From IMG/VR virus record IMGVR_UViG_3300028564_000919: a stretch of 64,000 nt of DNA. One strand, 5' to 3'. How positions within the stretch are numbered: the first letter of the stretch is position 1; every line of letters starts with the position of its first letter. The notes under the pieces are model-generated. The model made no database searches. It was given only the letters and a program-made list of their open reading frames with translations, and was not told the origin of the DNA. The DNA is from an uncultured virus (IMG/VR IMGVR_UViG_3300028564_000919) (taxonomy: Duplodnaviria; Heunggongvirae; Uroviricota; Caudoviricetes). Shown piece after piece: positions 49,264 to 60,072 of the stretch. The translations under genes and the position numbers were made by a program.

Positions 49264-50610
49264 ATGTCAATTAGAATAAATATTTTGAACCAAAACTTGG
49301 ATGCATTTCAAGTTATTAGTCAAAAGAGAGTTAAAGTCTTTATCCCGGATTTACCAACAGGTTATCAGATTACAGGTGAAGGGATTACATTTAGACCATT
49401 TGTTGAAGTAAAGACTATTACAGAATTAAATACATTGATTTCACCAACAGCCCCAGCCGGATATTCAACAGGTAATAAACTAGTTGCATATGATATGGTA
49501 TATAATTCATTAGTAGCATTACTTAGTGAACCATCAATAGAATCATTATATTTAAGATTTAGTGGTGATAGTGGTAAGATTTGGAATGAAAGTGATGCAG
49601 AGGATGCATTACCTATTTTACCAGAAGTATATGGTTATCAATATATTTACATGTTATATAGTGGAGCTAAAGCAAAAGAATATGATGGTGGGCAACAAGT
49701 TTACGATAAATATGATAATTTTTATGAATATATCAAAGGTAATCTAGAAGGAGCTTTAAACTATAAGAAAGAATATGATAATACATTACTATATTCAAAT
49801 ATATATGCTCCAAAATATATTGAAGGATTAGATGAAACAATAGATTGGAAAAAGGATATTAAGGAAAAGATAAAAGAATTTACTATTACTTATTTAAACG
49901 AAAACTTAACACCAGTTGAGAAAGCTAATTTAGCAAATACATTTTTAGGGAATGTTCGTTTAGAAGATAGTTTACATTTATTCTTTGTAAATTATTTTGA
50001 AGAAGGTAACTTATTACCGTCAGCAACAGTAGCTTTAATTAAGGCAGTAAGGTTATTAAGAGATGGTAAACCATACTTATCAATTGCTGGGCAAGAAAAC
50101 TTAATTTGGAATGAGCAAAGCACAGGTGAAGTAGCAATTCAATTATCAAAGAAAGAGAATGATAAACTAAGAGAAATTGGAGTTAATGTATTAGAAACAA
50201 AGAGAAACATAGGAACATATTTTACTTCTTATAATACAGCAGCACAAATATTCCCAGATAAGAGAGCAAATGTAATCGCATTAAAATTGTATTTAAAGGA
50301 AGCATTTATATTATTTTTAGACCAATTTAGACAACAACCAAATATCGCAAAGACATGGAGAATAGTTGAGAACTCATTAAAAGTTGAGATGAATAAATTA
50401 TTAAATGCTGGAGCAATCAATGCAGTTGGAGTAGATTGTGGACTTGGTTCAACAATGACAAGACAAGATATATTAGAAGGTCGTTTAATCGCAAGGGTGG
50501 TATATAGACCGATAATGTTGATTGATGATATTGCATTAAATATTGTAGTAACAACAGAAGAAGTAAATGTATATTTTGATACTAACTTAGGGATAGGAGG
50601 TAGTGTATAA
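49264..50610 (+). CDS. Tail sheath protein
   Basis: LPSA, SIAG, LREIGVN, QQPN, DILEGRLIARVVYRP...I. Confidence 0.85.
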   Translation: MSIRINILNQNLDAFQVISQKRVKVFIPDLPTGYQITGEGITFRPFVEVKTITELNTLISPTAPAGYSTGNKLVAYDMVYNSLVALLSEPSIESLYLRFSGDSGKIWNESDAEDALPILPEVYGYQYIYMLYSGAKAKEYDGGQQVYDKYDNFYEYIKGNLEGALNYKKEYDNTLLYSNIYAPKYIEGLDETIDWKKDIKEKIKEFTITYLNENLTPVEKANLANTFLGNVRLEDSLHLFFVNYFEEGNLLPSATVALIKAVRLLRDGKPYLSIAGQENLIWNEQSTGEVAIQLSKKENDKLREIGVNVLETKRNIGTYFTSYNTAAQIFPDKRANVIALKLYLKEAFILFLDQFRQQPNIAKTWRIVENSLKVEMNKLLNAGAINAVGVDCGLGSTMTRQDILEGRLIARVVYRPIMLIDDIALNIVVTTEEVNVYFDTNLGIGGSV

Positions 50611-51461
50611 TGTTTGAAGGGAATGGAAAAGGACTTTCTTCAAGAATATTAGCAAGACTTGGGGGATTAGGAGATATTAGAAGAGATAATAACTTTATAT
50701 TAGTTATTCATGATTTAATGGAAGATAATGAATTAGAGTTAATTATTGAAAAGGTTCCAGCTCCAAGGGAAACAACACAGAAGATTGAATTACGTAGGGG
50801 AAATGATGTAATCAACTTCCCGGGTGGTATTACTCATAACCTTGGAACTATCACAGTATTAGACGTATTAAACCCAGATGAGATTGATAAGCTTTGGACT
50901 TGGTGGAGAAGCGTTTATAATCCAACAACAGGACAAATTTATAAAGCTTCAAACTTTAAAAAGAATGGGACTATTTATGAATATGCAAGTGATGGAACAT
51001 GTTTAAGAATGTGGAATTTAGAGGGTTTATTCCCATTGGGTTCACCACAACATGGTGACTTTGATGCTTCAAGTAGTGGTTCTTTAAAGAGAGTTAATTT
51101 AGAGCTTTCAGTAGATGCATGTGATATTAGACCAGTATATGAAGGATTTAAGAATGTAGCTGATATTTCACAACTTAGGTTAACTGATGAGGATTCATAT
51201 GATGCAGGAATTGTTTTATATGGGGGTAATGTAGATTCATACTTTATTAAATTAAAGGAAGCACAATTTAGACAATTAAGACAATTGATTAGTATATGTG
51301 AAAGGGATATAAAAGAATTAACACATAGCTCAAGCCCAAATTATAGATATTATGCTGCTTCTTTAACAACTGCTAAGAGAATTACTGAAGCTGATAAATT
51401 AACAACAATCACAGCTGCATTAGATGATTTATCTAGATGGTATTCAGTTATGTCATTATAG
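50610..51461 (+). CDS. Tail tube protein (gp19-like) with a C-terminal extension
   Basis: LWTWWRSVYNPTTG...FKKNGTIYEY...WNLEGLFP...GDFD; follows the sheath. Confidence 0.85.
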   Translation: MFEGNGKGLSSRILARLGGLGDIRRDNNFILVIHDLMEDNELELIIEKVPAPRETTQKIELRRGNDVINFPGGITHNLGTITVLDVLNPDEIDKLWTWWRSVYNPTTGQIYKASNFKKNGTIYEYASDGTCLRMWNLEGLFPLGSPQHGDFDASSSGSLKRVNLELSVDACDIRPVYEGFKNVADISQLRLTDEDSYDAGIVLYGGNVDSYFIKLKEAQFRQLRQLISICERDIKELTHSSSPNYRYYAASLTTAKRITEADKLTTITAALDDLSRWYSVMSL

Positions 51462-51536
51462 GTAGAGGGTGTGACACCATAATAAAAGAAATTAAGTTAA
51501 GTTAAGTTTAATAACTTAATAACTAACTCGTAACTC

Positions 51537-51596
51537 GGGTATTATTTAACAATGTGAATAGGATAACTTCTTAGCAGATATTGTTAAGTAATACCC
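51537..51596 (+). other. 19-bp RNA-type hairpin
   Basis: gggtattatttaacaatgt pairs with atattgttaagtaataccc; both mismatches are G-U. Confidence 0.6.
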
Positions 51597-51643
51597 TTGT
51601 TTTGTAGTTATAAATAAAAATAAGAAATTATATTTAAAATGAT

Positions 51644-51740
51644 AAAAAAGCTGTCAAATTTGACATATAAGAGACTTTAATATTATACCCAATATTTAAT
51701 CATGGGTAATAAATTAAAAAGCTTTAAAAGTTAAATTTGG
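51644..51740 (+). repeat. Dispersed palindromic element, copy C
   Basis: aaaaagctgtcaaatttgacatataagag...aaaaagctttaaaagttaaatttgg. Confidence 0.85.
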
Positions 51741-51760
51741 TGTATAGAAAGGAAAGTTAG

Positions 51761-52447
51761 ATGAGAAAAGTAATAAGTTTAAAGTTACCAAGTTTAGGGC
51801 AGATGGAAGGGATACCAGAAGAGATTAAATTATATGCAGCTACTGGGAAAGAAATTTCAGCTTTAATATCGTCTTTTACAGATGCATCAATTGAATGGGT
51901 AATAAACCAATTAACAGAGCCGAAGTTAAATCCAGATTTATTATGTGATGAGGATAAAGCATATATCTTAATGAAGATAAGGGAAATTACATATCTACCA
52001 TTTTTAGAAATGCATTTATGTTGCCCTTTTTGTGGGGAAGTTTATGATTATCAAATAGATTTTAATATATTGAAAGTTAATTATTTGGAAGATGGTTTTT
52101 TAACCGAAGAAAAGCAAATAGGTGAAAATAGTTATTTATTCCAATTACCAGTTAAGAAAGACTATAAAGAAAGGGAAGAATATATTAAAAAGAATGGTGA
52201 AGATATAAAGCAAGCTGGGACATTGTTTTTAGCAACAAAGATAAAAACAGTCAATAAGAGAGCGTTATCTTTTTTTGATAAGGTTTTATTTATTGAAAGT
52301 CTTCCAGGGCAAGACGTAGTAGAATTATTAAAGCTAGTAAGTCCTGAATTTGGACAAGAGAGAACATTTGATGTAGTATGTAAGAATAAGAAATGTAAAC
52401 GAAGTTTCAAGGGGGTGATTGGCTTAGACGCCGACTTGTTTCGTTAA
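51761..52447 (+). CDS. Baseplate hub assembly chaperone (gp26-like)
   Basis: LKLPSLG, DKAYILMKIREITY, CPFCG, C-terminal CxxxxC...DLFR. Confidence 0.75.
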   Translation: MRKVISLKLPSLGQMEGIPEEIKLYAATGKEISALISSFTDASIEWVINQLTEPKLNPDLLCDEDKAYILMKIREITYLPFLEMHLCCPFCGEVYDYQIDFNILKVNYLEDGFLTEEKQIGENSYLFQLPVKKDYKEREEYIKKNGEDIKQAGTLFLATKIKTVNKRALSFFDKVLFIESLPGQDVVELLKLVSPEFGQERTFDVVCKNKKCKRSFKGVIGLDADLFR

Positions 52448-52448
52448 C

Positions 52449-52691
52449 ATGTTATTATTATACTTAGCAAAAGATTTAGAAAGTTTAAAATCATTGCAAC
52501 CAAAAGATATACAAGCATTAGAGGATTTAGCAGTATATGAGTTAAACTCATTATTAGAGAAACAATTTTATTTATCATATTTTGTGAATGTATCAAAAGA
52601 ATCAACAGATAATATGACACCAATAGAATTGGATAGATGGGTAGAGTTATTGAAGAAGCAGAAGGAATTAGAGAATAGTCAAGTAGAATAA
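52449..52691 (+). CDS. Small baseplate/tail assembly protein (gp51-like)
   Basis: QFYLSYF...DNMTPIELDRWVELL; lies between the gp26-like gene and the tape measure. Confidence 0.6.
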   Translation: MLLLYLAKDLESLKSLQPKDIQALEDLAVYELNSLLEKQFYLSYFVNVSKESTDNMTPIELDRWVELLKKQKELENSQVE

Positions 52692-52708
52692 TAAGAGGGG
52701 ATAAATAA

Positions 52709-54760
52709 ATGGCGAAGAAGGATTATTATAGAAAAGAAGAGAGAACAACACCACAAGTATCAACTTCTAGAAATACAACTTTATACTCAAGAAAAGCAAA
52801 GACTAATAAAGATTTATCAATTGCTTTAGGTATGGGTCAAGGTCCTGCTTTATCAGATGAAGGTCTTAGAAAAAGAATAAGTGAATTAAAAATAACTCAA
52901 GAGTCATATGATAAAATAGTTCTATTCTTAAAGTCAGCAATTAAGAATCAAAAAGAATTTAATGAAACAGTAGAGTATTTTAATGATTTGTTATATTTTA
53001 GTGAGAATGTTGACGTTAATCTTTTAAATAATCTTCAAAAGAAAAAAGAATTAAAAGAAAAAGAACTTAAGCTACAAAGTGACTTAAATAAACTAGTTAA
53101 AGAATTAGGTGTAGAGTATAAGAAGCTTGTATCTTATAATCAGGATATCTATAAGATTTCACACGATTTACAATTAGAGTCAAATATTACATGGAAGCAG
53201 TTCTCCCAAATATATAGTGAAGCATATAAGAATGCTCGTTTAATGAATGACCAAATAGGTAAGAGTTTACATACAAGTAAAGAATTGATAGCAACAGTAA
53301 GCCAATTATCTAAAGATGGTTGGAAAGATATAGACTCTTCAACATTAGTAAATATCTCTTCATCAGTATTAACACTAACAAGAACATTGGGGGTATTTCC
53401 AGCTGAGCTTAATGATACATTTAGACAAGCATATAGACAATTTGGTGATAATACTGATAGATTTATAACTACATTGGGTGATAGATTAAATGCTTTTAGT
53501 AAAACCTTTGGTATATCAGTAGGAATGCTTAGCTCAGTAGTAGCTGAAATGTCTGAGGCTACTTCCTTCTTATTAAGAAATAATATGGAAGCACAACTAA
53601 AAGCCAATGCAAGTATAATGCAAGCAACAGCGTTAGCTGGAAGAGTAGGCTTAACATCAGGAACATTTATAGCTGATTTAGCGCAAACAGCTCAACTAGG
53701 AACTGCTGAGCAGATGGCTAAGATATATCAAGGTGGAGCATTATTACAAGGGTTTAATACTGATGTATTTAGGGAACAATTGAGAGCACAAAATTATGAT
53801 GAAGCAATTAAGGGATTATTTGCATCTATTAGTCAAACAATAAATGCAACACAAGAGCCTTATTTAAGAGCAGAGTATATTCAAAGAATTGGTGGAGCAT
53901 TTGGATTATCCCAAGATGAGTTATTAAGAATAGCAACACATGGTGATAAATTAGAAGAATATGACCAAGATTTAAAAGACAAATTATTAAAGTCAACAGA
54001 TTCAATGTTAGAAGAGTTGAAAGATTATAAAGTAGCTTGGGCTGACCGTTGGGATGCTTGGTTATCTAATACAGGTCTTTCAGAAATTATAGGTAAAACA
54101 TATAATGAATTGGGACTTTATGGTTTGGGTGATAAATTAACACAGTTGACTAATATTACAAAATTAATATTAGCAGTAATTTCAATGCCTAAATTAAAAG
54201 GCGGAATATTTGGTCAAGATGCTAATGCAATGGGAGTATTACAAAAACTATATGGAGTAGATACTAATAGAGCAGCAATTGGAAAAGGACTAGGGACAGT
54301 AGCAGGATTAGGAATAGCAGCTTATAGTAATTATAAAATAGGTTCTGTCTTATCAAATCCTTATGCTTCTCAAAGTGATAGAGTATCCACAGGAATCGGG
54401 GGGACATTAGCTAGCGCCGGTGGTGGAGCATTAATTGGGGGTAAATTTGGGGGTGTTCCCGGAGCTATAATAGGTGGAGTAATTGGAGCAGGAGTTGGAA
54501 TTGCTAATTCAGTAATTTCAGATAGTAAACGTCAAGAGGCTATAACAGCAATCAATAAAGATATGGAAGAGACTAGATTATCAAGAACAAGACAACAAGT
54601 TGCTTCAACAAACCCTATTATAAATGCAATAGAAGATTTAAAAAATACAATGGTGGAAGTAGTTTATGATAACACAGATAAGACAATTGCAAATGAAAAT
54701 ATAAATAGAGCTATAGATATAAATGAAAGAGCAAGATTAGCTATATATAGTGGGAAATAA
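52709..54760 (+). CDS. Putative tape measure protein
   Basis: Helical A/Q/L-rich body with a Gly-rich hydrophobic C-terminus; synteny. Confidence 0.7.
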   Translation: MAKKDYYRKEERTTPQVSTSRNTTLYSRKAKTNKDLSIALGMGQGPALSDEGLRKRISELKITQESYDKIVLFLKSAIKNQKEFNETVEYFNDLLYFSENVDVNLLNNLQKKKELKEKELKLQSDLNKLVKELGVEYKKLVSYNQDIYKISHDLQLESNITWKQFSQIYSEAYKNARLMNDQIGKSLHTSKELIATVSQLSKDGWKDIDSSTLVNISSSVLTLTRTLGVFPAELNDTFRQAYRQFGDNTDRFITTLGDRLNAFSKTFGISVGMLSSVVAEMSEATSFLLRNNMEAQLKANASIMQATALAGRVGLTSGTFIADLAQTAQLGTAEQMAKIYQGGALLQGFNTDVFREQLRAQNYDEAIKGLFASISQTINATQEPYLRAEYIQRIGGAFGLSQDELLRIATHGDKLEEYDQDLKDKLLKSTDSMLEELKDYKVAWADRWDAWLSNTGLSEIIGKTYNELGLYGLGDKLTQLTNITKLILAVISMPKLKGGIFGQDANAMGVLQKLYGVDTNRAAIGKGLGTVAGLGIAAYSNYKIGSVLSNPYASQSDRVSTGIGGTLASAGGGALIGGKFGGVPGAIIGGVIGAGVGIANSVISDSKRQEAITAINKDMEETRLSRTRQQVASTNPIINAIEDLKNTMVEVVYDNTDKTIANENINRAIDINERARLAIYSGK

Positions 54761-54796
54761 AAATTATTAAGAATTTAAACTATTAAAGGAGAAAGT

Positions 54797-57139
54797 ATGC
54801 CAGAAGAATTAAGAGTAGTAGATAATAAAACTTATATAGAATTAAAGTATGACCAAAGAGATTTGGATAACTTTAAACCTTATTCTTATAATCAAAAGAA
54901 GATTAAGATAAAGAATGAGGACCCCTTTAAAGATGGTATTCTTTTATATTTAGCAAATTTAAACACTATAGAGGATGATGGGATAGGAGGTTCTAGGAAA
55001 ACATTTAAAAATGAAATCTCATTACATTTAATGCCAGATTCAATATCAGAGATATATACATATAATGTGGTTTCCCAATCACCATATGCTTCAATGAGAC
55101 CTTATTATTTTTATACATCTGGTAGTGAAAAACAAATTAGTTTTACATTTCAATTACATACAGATATGTTAGATACGATTGGAAGAAAAGAAGGTCATTA
55201 TTTTGGTAGTGATATAATTTATAAGGATTTAGATATTGATTATGGTGGATATAAAGAATTATATACAATGCTTCAAAATTATCCAGTAATTAACATGATT
55301 CTTAATATGTCAAGACCAATATATAAATATAACAATAATAACCCGGAATTATATGAGCCCTTAGTATATTTCCAATTAGGTAATCAATTTGCAGGAATAG
55401 GTTATTTAAACTCAAGCTTTAAATTTTCAAAACCATATGATGTAGAGACAGGGACATATAAGATGATAACTATTTCAATGACTATAACATATATGGAAGA
55501 ATTTGATATTTATAGTCAATATCAAGCTGACTTAATGACAATGGGGGAAAAGGAATCTTGGTATAGGATTTCTTATACTGATGAAAACGTAGGGTATGCA
55601 AATCAGATATCAGAAATTGCTAAGAATTTGGGTGTTATTAAATTAGAGGAAACACCAGAATCAAGATTAAGGGATAGTATGGTTGTTGATAACTTTTTAA
55701 TAAATTATTTTGAAAAAGGTAATGTAGTTCAAAATGTTATGTCATCAGAAAGATTACAAAAACTATTTAATGTAGAAAATATATTAGTTGACTTTGGACA
55801 ATATTCAACAAATAGGTATATGTCGGAAATATTATCAGATTATAAGAACATAATTCAGGATAAAATATTAAATCTAGAGAATTCATTTACTTTAAGTAGT
55901 GAGGATTTACCCGAAAAATATTATTTTATAGATTCAACGGTATCAAATTTTTATTTAGATTTATATAAGTTGATTATAGAATATTTGAATATAATTGCTG
56001 GTTTAATTATTTATGAGGAACCTAGTAAAAGGAAAGAAAGGTTAGAAAAAGTATTGAGTGAATTAAAAATATTAGAAACAAAACTAATAAGTGGAAGTTC
56101 ACTGAAGACATATTTATATGATAACCCTAAAACAAGTATTGGTAAGAGGACTTCAAAAAGTGCTATATTTTTAAGACATTCATTAGATAATATAATCTCA
56201 TCGCTAAAAAACCAAATGCTTGGGAAAAAAGTTCAAAATAATATATGTTCAAGGGATAGTCAAATTGAATTAGAGTATACTTTTGATTTGGATAAACTTA
56301 GAAGATTTTACAATTTTATGACAACAACAAAGACAGGGAATTTTTATAAAACTAATCAAGAATTCCTAAATCATATTAAGTTAGAGACTCAAGGACAAGA
56401 GGATAATGTTATTATAATTACTGACTTAAACGGTAGAAAATTTCATTTAGCTTTAGATGAAGATATAGAATTAAAAGTAAATACAAAAAGATTATTATTT
56501 TCTGGTAATATTTCTATATCATCGGACTCTTTAAGGGAATTACAATTTTATGGGGATGATAAATGGGGTTATACAAAATATATAAAAATAAATAGTGCAT
56601 TAAACCATATAAAGATGTTGGTAGGAAAACAAACAACGAATCAAAATAATGAATTATTTTTTATAGATAAAGGTAAATCAAATAAGGTTGATAATCATGA
56701 GTGGACAACAGGATTACCGGGTGAGAAGACAAAGAATATTTGTTTAGCATTATATCTTTTTATTTTAATTGATTATTTTTATTTTGATGAAGAGGATTAT
56801 AATGATTTTCCAGAGGAATTTATATATCAAATTTACGAAGCAGCATATGAAGGAAACTTAAATAAACCGAATTATTTAAATAAAGCATTTAGTAGAAAAG
56901 TTGTTTTAAATGATAGGTGGTTACAATATACTAGTCACAAGGATCTTGATGCTTATTTTTCTTATAGTTATTTGTCAAACGTTAGTAATACAAAATCAGA
57001 TAATCATTATTATTATAGAATTATCTCCGAAGAAGAGCAAAGCGAAGTATTTAATTTAATTCATGATTTAAAAGATAGAATAAATTTAGCTTTACAAATT
57101 TATACAAATATCTATACAACCGGGGGTATGACATCATAA
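54797..57139 (+). CDS. Putative baseplate/tube-initiator-like protein, paralog of the next gene
   Basis: MPDSISEIY...PYYFYTSGSEKQISF...PLVYFQLG is shared with 57141..58754. Confidence 0.55.
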   Translation: MPEELRVVDNKTYIELKYDQRDLDNFKPYSYNQKKIKIKNEDPFKDGILLYLANLNTIEDDGIGGSRKTFKNEISLHLMPDSISEIYTYNVVSQSPYASMRPYYFYTSGSEKQISFTFQLHTDMLDTIGRKEGHYFGSDIIYKDLDIDYGGYKELYTMLQNYPVINMILNMSRPIYKYNNNNPELYEPLVYFQLGNQFAGIGYLNSSFKFSKPYDVETGTYKMITISMTITYMEEFDIYSQYQADLMTMGEKESWYRISYTDENVGYANQISEIAKNLGVIKLEETPESRLRDSMVVDNFLINYFEKGNVVQNVMSSERLQKLFNVENILVDFGQYSTNRYMSEILSDYKNIIQDKILNLENSFTLSSEDLPEKYYFIDSTVSNFYLDLYKLIIEYLNIIAGLIIYEEPSKRKERLEKVLSELKILETKLISGSSLKTYLYDNPKTSIGKRTSKSAIFLRHSLDNIISSLKNQMLGKKVQNNICSRDSQIELEYTFDLDKLRRFYNFMTTTKTGNFYKTNQEFLNHIKLETQGQEDNVIIITDLNGRKFHLALDEDIELKVNTKRLLFSGNISISSDSLRELQFYGDDKWGYTKYIKINSALNHIKMLVGKQTTNQNNELFFIDKGKSNKVDNHEWTTGLPGEKTKNICLALYLFILIDYFYFDEEDYNDFPEEFIYQIYEAAYEGNLNKPNYLNKAFSRKVVLNDRWLQYTSHKDLDAYFSYSYLSNVSNTKSDNHYYYRIISEEEQSEVFNLIHDLKDRINLALQIYTNIYTTGGMTS

Positions 57140-57140
57140 T

Positions 57141-58754
57141 ATGGCAAGAATATATTTATTTGAAGTAGAAGATACTAGAGGGAAGATTCAACTAGTAGAA
57201 TATAACACTCAAACAGGATTAACAAAAATAGTTAATAGAACTGGTGAACAAACTATTAACCCTAAAGATGTAGGTATTACTACTGAAATACAAAACCAAC
57301 TTATAGTTAAATATGATATAGAAGATTATTTAAGAAATAATTATTTGAGATATAATAAGATTATAGAATGGGATGATACATGGACTAAATATACACCATT
57401 GAGTGAAAGACCTAATGCATATAGGGATAGACATAGACTTGATTCAATACCGCTTCAATCAAAGTTAATTCAATCTCTTATTGATAAACAAAATATAGAT
57501 GATAATTTATATATTTATTTCTTAGTTGGATATAAAGATAATAATGGACAATTTCAACCAATCAAAAATTTCTTTAATGAACAAGGGAATATAAACTCTA
57601 AGAGTGGTTCTGGTTCTAATACATTTGATGGGGAAATAATGATACCAATGATACCAGATGAAATGGGGTATAATTATTCAGCTAATTTTTCTTCACAACC
57701 AGTATTAGGTAGAGTATCCCCATTACATTTTTATAGTAGTGGTAGTAGTGAAGTAGTTTCATTTAGTGTAAAATTGAATGAGGACTTAATAAACTATAAA
57801 GGACATGGTATATATGCTTCTGATAAAGAGTGGATATCATTATCGGACTATGTAGAAAACATAAGAAGAATGTCTTACCCTGTAATTGATATAGATGGTA
57901 GAAAAATATTCCCTGTAGTTTATTTTCAACTAGGTTCTTTTGTTGCAAAGGAATGCCATGTAGAAACAACAGTTTCTTGGGAGAAGCCTATAAGGGACGG
58001 AAAATATACAGTAGTTAATTTGGGGTTCACAGTAACTATAGAAACAGGGAATGAGCAATTATTATCAACATCCGAGAAGTTTGAAATAGGTGGTGAAATA
58101 GTGGAGGGACTTTCATCTACATATGGTAATATTTATTATGCAGATAAGGTTATAAGTGAGATATATGATATAGAGGGATTAACAATAAATAACCCAAATT
58201 TATTTGTATCATTAAGACAAACTCAAGAACTAGCAAAATTGGGTATAGAAGCTGATAAAAGGTTTATAGATACAGTTGCTAAGAAGTTAGATAACATTTT
58301 TAGTGCATTTAACACAAAGATGTATGGTTCTGAGTATTCAAGAATAATAACAGAATTAAAAGAGGAAGTAAGAAATCTTGCTAGTGCTAGTAAAAAATTT
58401 GAAGAAACAGCTCAATCACTTACAAGCGAAGGGACTACTATTTATATGAAATATTTAGCTGAAGTAAGTAAAGAGACTAATCCAAATAAGAAAATAAGTT
58501 TTGGTGATTGGTTATTGAAACAGGATATGTCATTTAAAACTGAATCAGGGGTGGAATATCAAGTAACAAAGAATTGGTTATTTGAATTAGACCAACACAG
58601 TATAATGAAGAAGATAGATACTTTATTAGAATATTATACCGATGACCCTGAGAGTAGAAGAAGTAAAGCAGAAATAAGAGAAGAAATATTTCAATTATTA
58701 GCAGATATAATAGAGACATATAAGATGGGGGTTGGGTATTGTGCGAGTAGTTAA
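57141..58754 (+). CDS. Putative baseplate/tube-initiator-like protein
   Basis: IPDEMGYNYS...LGRVSPLHFYSSGSSEVVSF...PVVYFQLG. Confidence 0.55.
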   Translation: MARIYLFEVEDTRGKIQLVEYNTQTGLTKIVNRTGEQTINPKDVGITTEIQNQLIVKYDIEDYLRNNYLRYNKIIEWDDTWTKYTPLSERPNAYRDRHRLDSIPLQSKLIQSLIDKQNIDDNLYIYFLVGYKDNNGQFQPIKNFFNEQGNINSKSGSGSNTFDGEIMIPMIPDEMGYNYSANFSSQPVLGRVSPLHFYSSGSSEVVSFSVKLNEDLINYKGHGIYASDKEWISLSDYVENIRRMSYPVIDIDGRKIFPVVYFQLGSFVAKECHVETTVSWEKPIRDGKYTVVNLGFTVTIETGNEQLLSTSEKFEIGGEIVEGLSSTYGNIYYADKVISEIYDIEGLTINNPNLFVSLRQTQELAKLGIEADKRFIDTVAKKLDNIFSAFNTKMYGSEYSRIITELKEEVRNLASASKKFEETAQSLTSEGTTIYMKYLAEVSKETNPNKKISFGDWLLKQDMSFKTESGVEYQVTKNWLFELDQHSIMKKIDTLLEYYTDDPESRRSKAEIREEIFQLLADIIETYKMGVGYCASS

Positions 58755-60072
58755 TTTTAATTTAATTTTACCAAATAATAAAGTTTTGGATTTAAACAAC
58801 TCAGGGTTAATTCAAGCAAGGTTTAATAAGTATAAGTCAAGTGAAATGATAACTAATACTAATGTATTAACTGACTTGGAGATGAGTTTGTTTGATAAGA
58901 CAGGAACTGATTTATTATTAAAATTACAACAAGAGACTGGTTCATCAAAGCTAAGGTTTAATTATGGTTTTGATATAGAGCTTAGTGATGTATATGAGAT
59001 GACAATAACTAATATAGGAACTGAATATAGCCAAGGCTCAGCAATAGTAACTATAAGTGGAATAGGTAGTCAATATGGTATAAGATTTCCCGCAGAGTAT
59101 TATAAAGAGGGGACATCAATTAAAAGTATTATAAAGAAATTAGCTGATAGGAATGGTTGGTTATTAACAGATGAACCAGATAACCCAAAATTAAAGACAA
59201 AATTTATTGATGATATATATGATACTATTAAATTGCCAGAGCCGTTGATTAAATTAAATACTCAAACTGATATTCAATTTATTACAGAGAAATTAAAACC
59301 AATCTTGGATGCAACAGCTGTAGAGTTATATTCACAGGATAGGAATTTAGATTTCTTTATAGTAAGTCTCCAAAATATCCCAACTAAGAGTAATACAAGG
59401 CAATTAGCATTAAAGGTTGAAAAGAATGACAAGAGGGCTACAACAAAAAGAATATGGCATTTTACATATGGATTTAGTCCTGATAGTAATATTATAAGAA
59501 TCAACCAACAAATAAACCAATCATTTTTAGTGGACGGTTTAAACTTAGTAATTCCTGCGGCAGAGGGGGAAGCTTTAATATCACAATTAAAAGATAAATA
59601 CGGAAATTTATATCAATCAAAATATAAAGAAAGAGTAGATAGTATTATATATTCAAAGAAGGATATAATTAGTAAATGGTTGAAAGAATTAAATTTACCA
59701 GTATTAGATATAGAGCAATTTCAAATTAACTATCAATTTGTAGACGTAGATAGTTTAGGTAATAAAACTTTAGAGCAGATAGTATTAGACCAATTACAAA
59801 ATGCATTAAGTATTGTTAATACTTTACAAATAACAATAATTGGTAACAATAAAATTGAAGGTGGGGATTTGATTGATTTACAAGTAGCGACAAGAATAAA
59901 ATCAACTCAAGGGAATAGGAATACATATATATTTAAAAAGAATCCTTATTTAAGTAAACGTTGGAGGATAATAGGAATTACTGAAGACATATCAGTATCG
60001 GGGGGATATACAACAACATTGAACTTAGTAAGTGATGTAAGTTCTAAAGATTTAATGGTAAGAGTTTCCTAG
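58732..60072 (+). CDS. Putative baseplate hub protein
   Basis: RFNYG, QTDIQFI, ITIIGN..IEGGD, WRIIGITEDI..GYTTTLNL; synteny. Confidence 0.6.
   Translation: MGIVRVVNFNLILPNNKVLDLNNSGLIQARFNKYKSSEMITNTNVLTDLEMSLFDKTGTDLLLKLQQETGSSKLRFNYGFDIELSDVYEMTITNIGTEYSQGSAIVTISGIGSQYGIRFPAEYYKEGTSIKSIIKKLADRNGWLLTDEPDNPKLKTKFIDDIYDTIKLPEPLIKLNTQTDIQFITEKLKPILDATAVELYSQDRNLDFFIVSLQNIPTKSNTRQLALKVEKNDKRATTKRIWHFTYGFSPDSNIIRINQQINQSFLVDGLNLVIPAAEGEALISQLKDKYGNLYQSKYKERVDSIIYSKKDIISKWLKELNLPVLDIEQFQINYQFVDVDSLGNKTLEQIVLDQLQNALSIVNTLQITIIGNNKIEGGDLIDLQVATRIKSTQGNRNTYIFKKNPYLSKRWRIIGITEDISVSGGYTTTLNLVSDVSSKDLMVRVS

Noticed and set aside
52430..52460. Programmed frameshift between tail assembly chaperone ORFs
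   Set aside because: No slippery heptamer is seen at the junction, and the pair fits separate gp26-like and gp51-like genes.
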